A DNA stretch of 63,084 nt, the filler included, from Phoronis australis (Eukaryota > Animalia > Phoronida), in NCBI GenBank assembly GCA_002633005.1. It is 9 parts of 9 records of this genome, joined end to end, with 100 filler letters (N's around TTAATTAATTAA, not from the genome) between each part and the next. Parts side by side here need not be neighbours in the genome. Positions count along the whole stretch, not along the records: positions 3,210 to 26,424 come from NMRA01001374.1; 8 more parts are not named here. One strand, written 5' to 3'. The notes below the pieces were generated by a model. The model saw nothing but the letters and a program-made list of their open reading frames with translations, was not told the DNA's origin and did no database searches. A program made the position numbers and the translations under genes. Of this stretch, positions 13,201 through 26,524 are shown piece by piece (position 1 is the first letter of the stretch; the number at the start of each line of letters is the position of its first letter).

Positions 13201-14519
13201 TGACATGTCTATTGGACCCCATCTGCCAATTTTCACAATGATCCTTTGAGTGGTTTGGCAGATAAAGAGGGAGACGTCAAGAGCATACGCAATTTTTTTC
13301 AATGGCCACCAGGTGGCACAGAAAACATCAAATCTGTCCGAAAATGGGTAGGCGTTGTTGTCTCCTGAAGAAAAACATATTTACCGAATTTCATGAAAAT
13401 GCATTATTGAACTCCAAAGATACAGAGGTAAAAGTCACGAAAAAACATTTTGCCACTACAGGGCACAGTGGTAATTGGATCACTTCGACTCTTATCACTG
13501 TTTTTCGTCACCTGTAACTTATTTTTAAAGCATAACAAGTATTGTAGTTTTATAGCTTATTAGTTTAGTTGCCAAAAATTGACCCTGCAATGTTGGTTAC
13601 TGTAAAGTTTTCTTTTGGAAATATGTAATGTGTGGTTAAGGTAGGTGGATATACAAAAAAATTAATTTTGACTGTTTTTTACATTTTTATGTCATCCTAA
13701 TCTTTAATTCTTGATGCACAGTATACTGAAGAAAAATAAAATCATTCTGAAAATCCAAAGTTGTTTTTTTAGCTATATTTGACCAAACCTCAGTAAGTCA
13801 TATGGCTTGAGTGCTCACCAGCTCAGTGATTGACAACTGGGGCGGAGCTTATATACAAGGACACTAGCTCTGATCTAACCCAGTCAACAAGCATTGCGTA
13901 ACCGGGCAATCGAGAGTGATGTACCAGCTGATATTTGTGTTGTAGCAAGACCAAGAATAAAACAATTCTATTTTTGACCATGTGAAAGTTGGTAGTGAAA
14001 TGGTGAACTAGCTCCTGTTCCGAGCCTGAGCCTGTTTGTCTATCTGCAAAAAAATTAAGTTGAGTACGCCAAGCCCTACCGAAGCCATCACTGCACTCAG
14101 CTTGAGGAGTCCGTGCAGAAATTGTGCATGTATATAAGAGAAGTCGGTAATATAAGGTCATGTGTCTTGCGAGAGGACGCTGAGTGTCGACGTGGGTGGT
14201 GTTGCACGATTCGGTGAGAGTGCATGCACGCGCTGTGAAGACAAGCCGCGCGCGCGACACATGGACAACTACATGCCGCCAGAGTAGAGTCTTCGCAGAT
14301 AAACCATGCTTCTGTGCTGGGAACGCGCTGTGGAGAAACTAGGCTGTCAAACCCAGAGGATTTTTAACTTGCCACTGGCCGTAACCCAAAGAATTAGAGA
14401 AATGACCCAGTGTTCAACGTAACATAAAATTTTCTAATGCATAGATTCAAACGTAACCCTGAATTAAAACTCATGATATTATATACGATTTTTGAGGAAA
14501 GCAATATAAGAAACTTTAG

Positions 14520-14700
14520 CAGTGGCGGATCTAGGATATCACAAGGGGGGCCCAACATTTTGTCCGGCCGCAAGCATTTGCGTAAAGTGAACCACATTTG
14601 TAGATGTGCATAGCATCGAATGGGGGGAGGTCGGGAGGGGGGTTTACCCCCTCCCGCTCAGGAAATTTTTCTGTTTTTACCTCTAAAAATCAAGCATTTT
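14520..14700 (+). mobile_element. Nested MITE end of the CAGTGGCGGATC family
   Basis: cagtggcggatctaggatatcacaagggggg. Related ends occur near 7645-7678, 24728-24758 and 43508-43793. Confidence 0.5.
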
Positions 14701-14770
14701 CCTTGATTCCTGAAGTATTATCCAAGAAAACAAAAACGGAGCACGTGTCAAACAGGAAAAACTGCAAGTT

Positions 14771-14830
14771 CCGAAGATTCGAACTCACGACCTAGCGGTT
14801 AGAGCACGCGTGCATTACCACTACACCACC
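14771..14830 (-). mobile_element. tRNA-derived SINE-like head
   Basis: Minus strand ggtggtgtagtggtaatgcacgc...gtcgtgagttcgaatc has pol III A and B boxes but no complete acceptor stem. Confidence 0.45.
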
Positions 14831-17563
14831 ACTACACCACCACGAACAAACTACTCACCGCAAACTAAGAGACCTACTCGTTTATGGTCCACAGCGTTTG
14901 CGCGCGAAACCTACTTCTTTTTGTAATGCTTATTACACGTTCTATATTTTGTGTTATCAATTTTTAACAAATTTGTCGTATTTGAAATAGTCTTCAAATG
15001 CCCAAAAGATCAAATCCGTCTTTCGTGTTGGCAATAATGACGGGATTGCTTAATTAGAAATCGTCCTAAGATAAGGTTTGACAAAGAGAGTATTGCGAGT
15101 TTCTGAGTGATTCACTAAGGCTTCGATTAAAATTCACATCTTACCAGCAGCCTCTGTTTTTTCATCGTCACTCAGGTTCCATTTCTTTAAAAAATGAAGT
15201 AAATTTTCTTCATTGCACAGTGGAGCAGACGACGGAAAAGGAGTCGTAGTGCGCAGCGCCACTGCCGGTCGCCTGGGCTATCGCGGGAGAGCCTATACTT
15301 AGCCATAGTTCCGTTACGAATGCGCCGTGTTCAGAATTTGACACTTGAAATTGGATTTAGTTAGGAACCTGGAGATTTGATCAGTGTATACACCTACCTT
15401 AAGAGAATAAAATTAAGTGGGTTGCACTTTTTTCAGTGCTGCGCCGCCCACATATAAGTATTACCAACAGATGCATAGCTAGTCTTCATTCACGTCTCCT
15501 TGTCTTTAACTATCTTCAGTGTCAACCTGTTGTCCCTAATACAACAGAACAACCATGCCTCGCACTTGTAATAGTCTGTGCAGGACAGGCTAGCACTATC
15601 TGGCTTTCTGAACTGCAGCTGGAACTATATATGTCAAGTAGAGCTTGGTAGTGTTGAAGTGGCCAGAGGTAATACAGAGCTGCAAACTTTCCATTGAAAG
15701 GTGGGGTTACGTTTATTTTTACGGTGTATTTTGGTAATCAGTTGCCTTCCACAGCAACATCTGAAGGTATGCTCAGAGCACGTGCAAGTGAACTATGGCG
15801 GCCTTTGGTGGAGGCTTGTTTCGCTGACCGTATTACTGGTTACAGGGATACTTCAAGTGGCAACTATTCTGCCCATACAGAGGTAATGTAAGAAGAATTC
15901 ACACGGAGTGTCCCGAAGCTCAGCGTGGGTACACTAGACTCTGCCAATACCTGTCTGAGCTCTTGAATGCTAGTTTCTAAAAGCACGAGGGCGGTCAGGT
16001 TTCCCTTTCCAAGGGAATGAAACAACCTGGCATTGCGTGTATTTTAAGAAGTTGACTGCACTTTGTGAACTGTAACGTTATGATTTAAATATTACAATTC
16101 CACTTCTTCACTTGAATATTGGCGTCAACTGGCATCTGTGAAGTCCTAAGAACCAAAGCGCGAGTACTTCAGTGTTGTCAGTGAGGATTATAATAGTGTG
16201 GTGCCTTCTTCCACCGCTTTCAGCATTTATCTATGGAGTGTGATGTCAACTATAACATGGGTAACTAGACAGTGGCTCCTGACCCGCTCGATGTTGTGCA
16301 GAAGGGGATAGCTGCATTCAAACAGAAGGTTGCTGAACATAACATTGATTAGCAGACCTTAACAGTGATTCCGTATAAAAACCAACAGGTAGAGACTATA
16401 CACAAAATCGTCGATGTTTTTAGACTTAGTACATGAATTTGGTTCGGTCAGATGCAGAAAAATCTCGCGTTTATAAATTTTTTATCCATTCCTCTTTTTA
16501 TGACCTGTATCTCCATTTTGTAACAAATTTGGTTGCAGAAGTAGACATATTTGAATGCATTTTACTAGCATGTATAGTGAAGTTGATAACTAATGAGTGA
16601 TACGTTGAAAGGACTATGATTGAAAAATTTAATGGCATAACTTTCAAAATTCATTTTCAAGTTGATATCCCTTAACAAAAGGGCTATTTTAAAGGCTTTC
16701 CTGAAGCCTTGTCAGCCAAATTTGGCACTTTGTAGCAGCCATATTGCACCTTTCCAAAAAATGACCTTATAATGATTTGTTCAGCCATTCCTAACCTGTT
16801 CATAATCTATGATAAAAAATCCTACCTTTTCCGTACTTTTTGCTTACAAAGCATTACACGTGAAGTGCACTTGGTCCTATTTGCCTGTTCTCAGTTGCCC
16901 CAACCACCAACACGGGGCTCTTGGAACTTGTAATTAGCTCGTAAAAACACAATGTAGATAGCTTGTATCTTTGCCAAAAAAATAGGCAGCATTACTAATA
17001 AACATAACCTGATAACCACACTGATGATTATTGCTTATTACAAAAATGTACATAAATTGTGACTGGCATGCGTGCTTCGTCCATATGATAGATGGAGTCG
17101 CTGTATGTTTCCATGGAGACCGCGAACGCGACTAGAAGACGAATCTGCCTTGCTCTCTTTTTATCTTCAATTGTGAGAGCCACTGGCATATGAAAGATGT
17201 TGACACTCAAGGTGGCTATGGCCCTCTGTTCAGTGCAAAATATGTCAACTCGGTCAAAACTCATTGTAATTTTGTGTTCATATTGTTGGTACACAGTTCT
17301 TCACCGGTAGCCAGAAATTTGGCGTTCACACCCTCTCCCCCCGGTCACCCCCAACATCGAAATCGAATAATCGTGACAGTGCGGCAAACATTCAAGGTCA
17401 ACAGAAAACAATTCATAAAAACAATTTTATGAGTGACTCAGTTCATTAGGTCAACAAAGTTCAACACAAGTAACGGTCTGGACATCAAACACACCGAGTG
17501 GCTGCCTCTGTGGCGTAGCAAGGACGGGGGGGGGGTCAGCGCCGGGTTGTATGAAAAAAATCG

Positions 17564-17872
17564 CAAATAGAGACTCAGCTAAGTCCCCTAAATCATTTGC
17601 CTATTTGCGTCTTTGTTTACTCACAGTCATAATCTTTATTTATCGTTTCATCTATATTAGGAACTCTTCTTTGACTAAAAATATTTTATAACAGTCGGAC
17701 AATCGCCGCACAAATGAAACAGGCCCAAATAGAGACTCAACTTAGTCCCCTAAATCATTTGCCTGTTTGCGTCTTTGTTTACTCACAGACGTAATATTTT
17801 TCTATCATTTCATCTTTATTATGATCTCCTCTTTGACTAAAATCATTTCCTAATATTCGGACAATCGCCGCA
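17564..17872. repeat. Two-copy ~162-bp tandem duplication
   Basis: caaatagagactca...tcggacaatcgccgcaca occurs at about 17564 and again at about 17726. Confidence 0.9.
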
Positions 17873-20655
17873 CACATAAAAACAGTTCACGTTGATTCGA
17901 CGTTTTGTCTACTCATTAGACATCATCAAGCTACATACAATAAGACCTCAAGTGTCTACATAGCCGCCGACCCCCTTCTCAAACTTAATATGATATGTCA
18001 AGCAAAACTCGGATTTGAATGATTAACTTCGCCAATTTAATGTGCTGCTTGTTGACTGTAACATGCTCGATAACATGCCCCTTCCTGACACTTAACTAGA
18101 GGCAGCAGATGCAAAAGTATTGGCTTATGTGGGAACATAATAGGATGCCATTCATTTGCATTCTTGAGCTGCTAAAACCAGACAGATTTTATACAAAATT
18201 ACTTTCATATTAACCACGTGGAAATGACAGGCAATACTGCTAAACAGTTAATTTTACAGGAAAGTCAAATCAATGTTGTCAACGTTCAGGTGCAATTTTG
18301 TTGCATTGACTTCTCCAGTGAAACAGTGAAGAGCTCACATCGTATCATTCAAAGTTTTACAAAAACAGCAATGTGGGACAGCATCTCATCGTGGTGGTAA
18401 ATTAAGTGACATGTTTTAATATGAATTAAGTTACTTTTGAAGTGTTACTAAGGTTATGTACGACCTTATCGACATATCTGTGCATTTAATAAAATATTTA
18501 GAAAACAATACATTTTTAAAACTTGGTATTAGAACGCCAAGCATAAAAATATCAACCAACCGTCGATTTGTCCTAAAACGTTGCGCTCACCCCCACCCGT
18601 CACTAGTTTTCCCAATGTTTTATCACAACCCTGCCGTACCGGGGACATACACGTGTATTAACAGTGATACACAAATCACAGCTTGCGATCACACAGTCGT
18701 TCTCTATGAATGTGCACATTTACATGTTTCAAAACTAGTTTAAGTGTCCAACAACAATGTCCTTAATTTCACCTACAGTACAATCTGAACGTACAATTTA
18801 GAAGTAAAACGAAAGATCTCAAAGATCATGTGGCCCGTAAACGTGAAAGATCACGGAAAATTCTAACACCTGGATGTACAGGGTCACGTAGCAACTTCAA
18901 TTCAGGAGCCGCTTTCAAAATGTAATCCGTAACGTTGACTTTTCTGGAACTATCGACTCCGAAGTGTTATTTTTGAATGGGTCCGAAACATAATAATTAC
19001 ACACCTTGTAACAGGTGTTCGGTAAAAATAGACGTTCACATAGTTCTGTCCTTATAAGCCCAAAGCAGGAAACAGACAAATATTTTCTGAAGTCACGACT
19101 CAGCCGTCCATTCTTTTACGAGCCTTGGAAATTCCTCCAGCGTTTCGTCTTTCTACAAAATAATCATTTGCAATCAAGCGGCTGCTGGCTCTTCAAACTT
19201 TACTGTTAATTTTTGCCTCAAATCCAATGTTTACCTAAATATATACACACAAACACGAAACGCGCAAAAGCACACGCACAAAAGCGCCCTCACACACATA
19301 TGTATGTGCTTTTAGCACTTAATATCAATTTTATACAATATTTACCATTTTCTGTCCTCCTGGGTATATTGCATAGTTATATGTGTGAATAGGTGTATTA
19401 GTCGTTGCGTGCTTTGTGAACACAGGAACGGAAAATGAATCAGTTTTAAGAAGGAATATTTATCGAGCAATGTCACTGGAGACTCAAACGTCAAGATAAA
19501 ACAACGAATCTTCCCAAGTTAATAAGCAATAGATATGTAAACTTAATCCCTTGCTTCGTCACCTCTTTGCGAATTTAAAACAGTAACCTGTGTTCCTAAA
19601 CCAATAAACATCACGGTGTGGTCTATTAATTTATTTTCCGGACACCCTGTCTTACCTTGCTACTCACCATACGGTATCCAATCCAATCGTGTCTTACAAC
19701 TGCTGAAATTTCCATACTCACTTTGAAGAAACAAAACCACGCATAGTTGGCTCCCATGTCGCTGTTTTCTGGTCCATAAAACAATACGCCGGGCATCACA
19801 GCTATAGACTTGATTTTGGTTATCCAGGAAGAAAATGCGAGACTTTCACCAGTCTCGCCTTTCCAAAAACCTACGCAAGAGCGACAAATGCGTAGATCTA
19901 CTTTATAGTAGCAGAAGTAAGCCTGACTCATTTATACTGCTATAAAATGGAACTTAGCTTATTCCGTGCTCAGATTATAAGCAATTTATGATCTTGGAAA
20001 ACTGGTGGATATCATTTGTATACTTAACACAATGCCCGGGCCCATATAACTCTCGGGTCAAGTGTCTTACTGAGCTCGCTAGTCTTGAACTAAGAACTAT
20101 CCATTCTTGAGAAGCCCGGATATCATTTCGAATGTTATTAAACGACCTTTTGGAAACCAATACGCCAGTGATTTAGATCAAAATTTACCTTTTTGAAATA
20201 AAGTGGACTTCCAGAAAAAAGTGCAGGCAGTTCGATACCTGAATAGCATCGGACGCGCTCGGGCCACGTAGGTCGGGCCCGTCGCACAAAACACCTGATT
20301 GAAAACGCATGACAAACAGAAGCGACGCATAACGAAATAATGCCAAGGGGATTCAGAAATGGTGATATATAGATATACGTTATACCACGTTGCCCTGATA
20401 TCCTATCAAGAACTCATTTATGTGGTCATGTCCGGACGAGACTGAAGGTATACATTCATTTTCAATAACTATAAGGAAATGATGCAGCCTCGATAACTAA
20501 GGGATATCTCAAACTTTATACAAAAAATTGGCCGTTTTTATACTTCATATACGTTATCTTAGTTCTCCGAGAACTTCAAATGCGAAATTTTAGAAAAAAT
20601 ATTTAACAAATCCCCCTATGAACCACCTTCAACGCCGTGGAAATTTGTTTATTTC

Positions 20656-20801
20656 GTAGCACTTAGGCGGGCCAAGCCAAGCTTCCGAAGGCAGAGCAGA
20701 TAGGGCACTGGGTAGCACTTAGGCGGGCTAGCCAAGCTGCCGAAGACAGTATACCGTGCCGTGCCTGCGCTGTCTTCGGCAGCTTGACTGGGCCCGCCTA
20801 A
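20656..20801. repeat. GC-rich direct-plus-inverted repeat (hairpin)
   Basis: Unit ttaggcgggc..gccaagct.ccgaag.cag appears twice direct and once inverted. 20719-20749 pairs with 20770-20801. Confidence 0.8.
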
Positions 20802-21149
20802 CAAACGTCTTGTACAAACGAATGGCGATGGATTTGATGGATGGAGAGATCTATCCAGTTGAAGTACATGTGCGTCATCACGACCCAAACTCTACTTCTT
20901 GGCAACACACAGTACACAGGCAACTGAAATACAGTCAGATCTTAAAAACTATTACAATGATCTTGACACCACACAGATGTCACAAGTAGAGAATTTTAAC
21001 TGAACGTGTCAGCCAGACCAATATGTTATCAATAACGAAAGTTACACCCCTCTATCGTCCTTCATGTATGGGGTGAGACAGCATCTCATGGCCAGCGTCC
21101 TCACGAAAGACGCAATTTCCTTGATTTTCTGCCTTTCCAAATCTGATGT

Positions 21150-23310
21150 CATTTTGTGTTGGTGGTTCAGCGACATCCTTGGTTCAGTGAAAGTGGTGGC
21201 AAGGATGGGGTCCTCCTTGTTTAGGTCCTGTGTTATGCTAGAAAAAATAACCATCTGCATTACTCTAATTTACAAGATTAGTATCTCAGGAATAGCTGTT
21301 CAGATTGAGGAAAAATTTTAAATACTATGAATTAAACACGTTCAAAATGAAATGATCATATTTTAGGACATCAACAGTGTTTCTTTGGTGGCTTCTGAAA
21401 CATTTTCGTAAAATAAAATTCGACTATGTTAATGATATCATTGTCGTACTGGAAATGAGAATTTGTTTTTGTTAAAATTTCCAGTTTTTGAGACACCATG
21501 CCCTGAAACCAGGTATGAAACAGTATACATGAATTAAGACAGATGCCTGAATGATTAGCGAGTAGATCTTGCACTTTGCTTTTCAAAATAAAACAAGTGT
21601 CGGTCATATTTTGATGGCTTATTGGAGTACGCCCTTTTAGTCGAAACCGATAACATAAAGGTTGTTTACAAATAAAGTGCACCACAACTTTTGGGTCTGG
21701 TGTCATTCGTGTCAGTGGTCCGGTAGCACATTTGGTATACCGTCACTGCTCGCGACGTCATGTTCTGTAAGGTAATGGTATACTAGTCAGACAAAATCCA
21801 GTGGTTCCAGGAATGGCCAAGTGCCTAAAAGTCTACAAGAAGGTTAAAACAAAATAAACTCTTTGAAAGCGACCTATATGACCTTAGTTGAAAACTATAA
21901 GTGAGAAAGAGTGTGGGACGAAGGTATGAAATCACGATATTCGTGGTTCCAATGGTTTCCAAGTCCACAAATCAAGTCTGAAGATCCACACAAGTCCGAA
22001 ACACCTTTAGTTCTAAAGCTAAAAAATCGAACTTCCACGACACACTTCTGAACAGTGATTTCGAGCCAAAGGTTGGCGATTTGTCAACACGTGCCTGTTT
22101 GAAACCAATTCTTCGAAGAGCCAGTGCCTCGTGAAAGCAAAGTTTGTCAATGTGCACTGAGATCTTGCTTTTATTTACATAGTCAAATTTTGGTTTACGA
22201 TAAATAAGATTTTGCTGTTCCGCTGTCGTTGACTTTGAATCACTGGTTTCTGGTCTCATCGATTTTCGAACTAACTACCTGTCCTTCGTGACACATCTGT
22301 GAACCTTTGGCCTGATAGGGCCATTTTAAATATATTTTCTTTTGACGTATTATGGGCGTTAAGACTTCAGAACTTTCACAGAACCGAGCTGTACCCTGTT
22401 CATGCTAATGCAGCAAGAAACACAAGCAACGTTAATTTACCTTTTGGTCTTAAAGCCTTCTTCCGTCTTGACTATCCGTGGGTCGCAGTGTGTATTTGAG
22501 GAATGGGCGTGGTGTGTCAAACACCTTCATGTCCTTCATGAATCGGGTAAGACAGTACCTCATGGCGCACATTCTCAAAGAAGAGGCATTTTCCAGGATT
22601 TTTTCTTTCGGGTTATGATTTTATTTTGTGTTGGTGGTTCGGTGACATCTTTGGTTCACCCTAAGTTATGACGAGGTAAGGGTCCTGGTTGTTCAGGTCC
22701 TGCCTGACCCTGGTAAAAAGGTCTACATTCCTCAAAGTTTGAAAGTTTATATCTCAGAAATATATGTTCTGATTTTTGAAAAACCTTTCAATGTTCTGAT
22801 TTAAACACCGTTCGCAAAATGAAAATGAAATGATCATGTTTTAGAACATTAACGGTGTTTCTGAGATCACTTCTGGAGCACTTTCATCAAATTGAACTCG
22901 ATTTCTTTACCGATACTCTGACTTTACTGTTGATGTACCTTTCTCTTTTGCTAAATTGTACGGGTTTGCAGAGACTTTGCGCAGAAACCAAGTGTGAAAC
23001 AGTTTACATGAATAAACACAGATACTTGAATGACAGGCGAGTAGATTTTTCACATCACTTTTGCAAATCAAACAAGTGCTCGGTGAGGTTTTGATGGCTC
23101 AAAACACGCATGCAGTTTATACAGGTAACTTTCAGGTTCGCAGCTGATCAACGCCTAACACCTTTTTGCTCTGATGCTCGTGTACAGTAAGTGTTACTGC
23201 GGCACCATTTGCACACTAGCACTGCTTTGCAACATCGGAAGCTGCATGTGAATAGTATACAGGTCAGCCGAAGACTAGTAGTTCGAAGAAAGGCCAAGTC
23301 CCTAAAAACA
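21150..23310. repeat. Old diverged duplication, period ~1.47 kb
   Basis: 21150-21830 resembles 22615-23310. Shared blocks include ttttgtgttggtggttc, ttaaacac.gttc...aaatgaaatgatcat and ggccaagt.cctaaaa. Confidence 0.7.
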
Positions 23311-26300
23311 AAATAAGGTGTCCGTCTTCCACCTAACCGTATCATGATTTAGATGTATTATAGACTTTGTCCATAGATTTGAGGTAGTACTGGGCTCATT
23401 TTCTGTATGAAAAAAACAATCCAGTGATTTAACCATTGGATTTTTCATTAAAGTTTAGGTACAGTTATTTTGTCGTTTTGCTAAAGCTGTATCGTGACTA
23501 CTGTTAAAAAGAAACGCGAGTAAATGGCTGGATAATTTACATTCCAATTAAAACGAACATTTCATTCTCATGAAAATATTTTTAAATTGTTTGTAATATG
23601 ATATATTGTAAAACAATACAAATAATAATACCTAACATTTGCCCATATATTTTAAAGATTTATTGGGCTCTCTTTCTGTGGGAACAAAGATTTTTGTTGG
23701 AAAATACTATGACGTATGAATATACAATTTGTGTTGTTGTTCTTCTGTTAATTACAGTTTCAGTGAATAGGGAGAGGTCTCCGAGTTGGCTTCAGTAGAC
23801 TGAAAAGGGTTGCGCTGGACATTTCGTTTCAACGACGTGAAAGGTAGACCTCGCCACGGCATAAACCTGGCAACAGGTACCGCGATTTATAGGTCACGTT
23901 CACTAAATTCTATACAAAATGATTTGTTGATCAGAGAACACAAGTTCAATGCTCTAATCTAGAATCACGCGATTTGCATCGTTTTTTGGTATATTACTCA
24001 ATTAAAAGTTGTCATTTAGGAACAACGTGCCTTTGAAAGAGCTCAAATTAATGTGATGCATCGGCAACACCTATAAAATACTAGGCAACCCATTGCACAC
24101 TTCAATCAGTCGGCGTTCTTGTTCCAGTCAGGGATTAGATTTCTGGACCAGTACTGTGCACTTGAACCTTGCTGCTACATCTACTCGGTTGAATATGATA
24201 TAGAAATTGCCGCAGTGCTACTGAAATCCCATTTCTCTGATCGCCAATGGAAATATTTCTAAATTTAAATTCTTTTTTGGTTGTTCAGTCTTTTTTTTGC
24301 GTTACAGTACCATTTTCACCATAGGCAACAGAAAAGTGAAGTGCAGTTGCAGGCGACCAAATGCAGTAACCACGACAACCAGTTTCATTGTGCACAACTA
24401 GCTGGAAACTCGTAAAGCCATTATGTATTTCCACTCCATCAGAAATTCTTACAACAGATTTCCGACCAATTCGTAGAGGGCGGAGCCTTTCATCACTGTA
24501 TCACTGTTATACATATATTTCTTCCAAATCTTCGATAATTCAAATCTTAGATCCTAAGATAATTCAATGTTACTTGAAATTTGTCACTTTCTAACTTCAA
24601 TTATGACCAGTTCGCATCAAACTCCAGTGCGCCACGGCATAGCTGTTGAGGAAAGAAGTTCAAAAAACGTTGTGAGCGTGTCGTTTTTGGGCTTACACAG
24701 ACATTTTCCATTAAAAATTGTACTTGGTCCCCCTTACGACATCCTAAATCCGCCAGTGTTATCTCTAATTTCCTTATTGCAATCATGTCAGGAGAAACAT
24801 TGGACATTTTGAAGATTTGATTTATCTACTTGAGCATAAAACTACCAAGTACACAACTTGATAACCATAAATAGGCCCGGGCCTGTCTGCCACAATCTGT
24901 GTATATCAATAGTTTGGTTTGACAATTAAGGAGGTCACCCACAGGAACTGTAAAAACATGTACTGTCGATGTAATGAAAGGTTTTAGACGGTGTTGGGTT
25001 AGGTCATAGTCGTGTGAAGCAGGAGACCCAGTAGCAGGTAATAGGGCAGACGTTCTTAATTATAAAACTGTTACTAATGAAACAACGCAGGATTCTGCTT
25101 ATAATGTTTTATAATTACAGCACGAAGTTGACACAAGGAGGCATAATACTAAAACAGTAAAGTAAAAACATTGAAAAAGTCACAATCACATGTAGCAAAC
25201 AGAACCCCTGATTCAGTAGTAGTCACACAAGTTTCTCACACAGTAAACGTGTTAGGATACCTGTCTGGCCAGCTCCAAGAAGGAAGGGAAGAAGGAAGTT
25301 AATTAAACGTTGACAACAGTGACATGTAATAACACTAATAGGCAAGTTCAAATGTCTTCAATCTGATTGGATAGTGAGCCTAGAATATCACAACATTCTA
25401 AATTTTAAGCCAACATTGGATTTTGTGAGACAATGATTACATAACCCAGCTTGAGGGCACCCATCTCTACATGCAAACTTACACTGCCCCACCACATGTT
25501 GGCACGAGGGTCGATCATTTAATGTTATAGTCAGTAAGCGCAATGAGTACCATTGATACATCAGAAATCTCAACACTTGGTAATCCTCATCAACACACGG
25601 CGGGTGTGTCCATATCCTCTGAAACACAGTACTATGAGTTTAGATAACACCAGTCATCATGTAGACATCTGTGGCATAGTCCACACACTCAGAGCAGATA
25701 AAGCTAGGCCAAGGGATGCTCCATTGAAAGACTGTCAGTCAGGGCTTGCGTTACCTTCTTCTCTTATGAGCTGTGTTCACAGAATGCTCTTTAAGGGAAC
25801 AACTATATACGAGGTTAAGGATCAAATTCCACTGATCATTCTCCATCATTTATAACTAGTAAATCACAGAGTAATTAAAGTAATACTCTAAACTGACAGT
25901 CAAAAAATGTGCGACAAAATTGGCAATAGTCAGATATAACGGTGCTCATATTTTGAGAAACGGAAATTTACACTAATTCAAAAGTGAAGATCCTGGGCCA
26001 TCTTTCCTACATTTTCTTAACCTTGTAAATAATGAATTTGACAAAGCCAGTGCAGGACACTGTACTCATGATAGACGTTCCTACAATTTTAGTCAGTAAA
26101 TGTTTGAGTGTTACCTGTGTCATGAAGGATTATCCCAACTTCTCACTAATGCAAACTGTGTCTACTCATAAAACATTGATAGTTAGTCTTTTTAGTCCAC
26201 ACGACTCAATAAAACGCACATGCACAAACATTCTGTTTTATATCATAGACATCTACTGTAAGTCTACGGTTTATAAGTACTCCTGTGCAGGTCAGTTACT

Positions 26301-26424
26301 AGTGGATAGAATGTGTGGCCGAGAATCAAGAAATTTTCATTTTTGTTATTAAGTACTAGTCCACGAGAGCACCAACCATGAGCGGCAAGGTGGGGGTCAG
26401 CCGATTTTTACCAAATTTGGCACA

Positions 26425-26524
26425 NNNNNNNNNNNNNNNNNNNNNNNNNNNNNNNNNNNNNNNNNNNNTTAATTAATTAANNNNNNNNNNNNNNNNNNNN
26501 NNNNNNNNNNNNNNNNNNNNNNNN
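26425..26524. other. Artificial contig-joining spacer
   Basis: N44-TTAATTAATTAA-N44. Confidence 0.97.

Larger units (their letters stand above)
13640..15398. mobile_element. Non-autonomous Kolobok-type DNA transposon
   Basis: TTAA|GGTAGGTGGATATAC ... GTATACACCTACC|TTAA. The TTAA target duplication with GG..CC termini fits Kolobok rather than piggyBac (CC..GG). Confidence 0.8.

Noticed and set aside
3975-14012. KolobokP-type long terminal direct repeats or an LTR pair
   Set aside because: The shared 373 bp has no inverted end of its own and no TG..CA ends, and no transposase or pol gene bridges the copies.
25450-25850. Degenerate gag-like zinc-knuckle ORF on the minus strand
   Set aside because: Only scattered GH/C motifs across several frames; too decayed to support.
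26357-26424. Left terminus of the Academ element
   Set aside because: It lies across an artificial spacer and does not match the right end near 29006.
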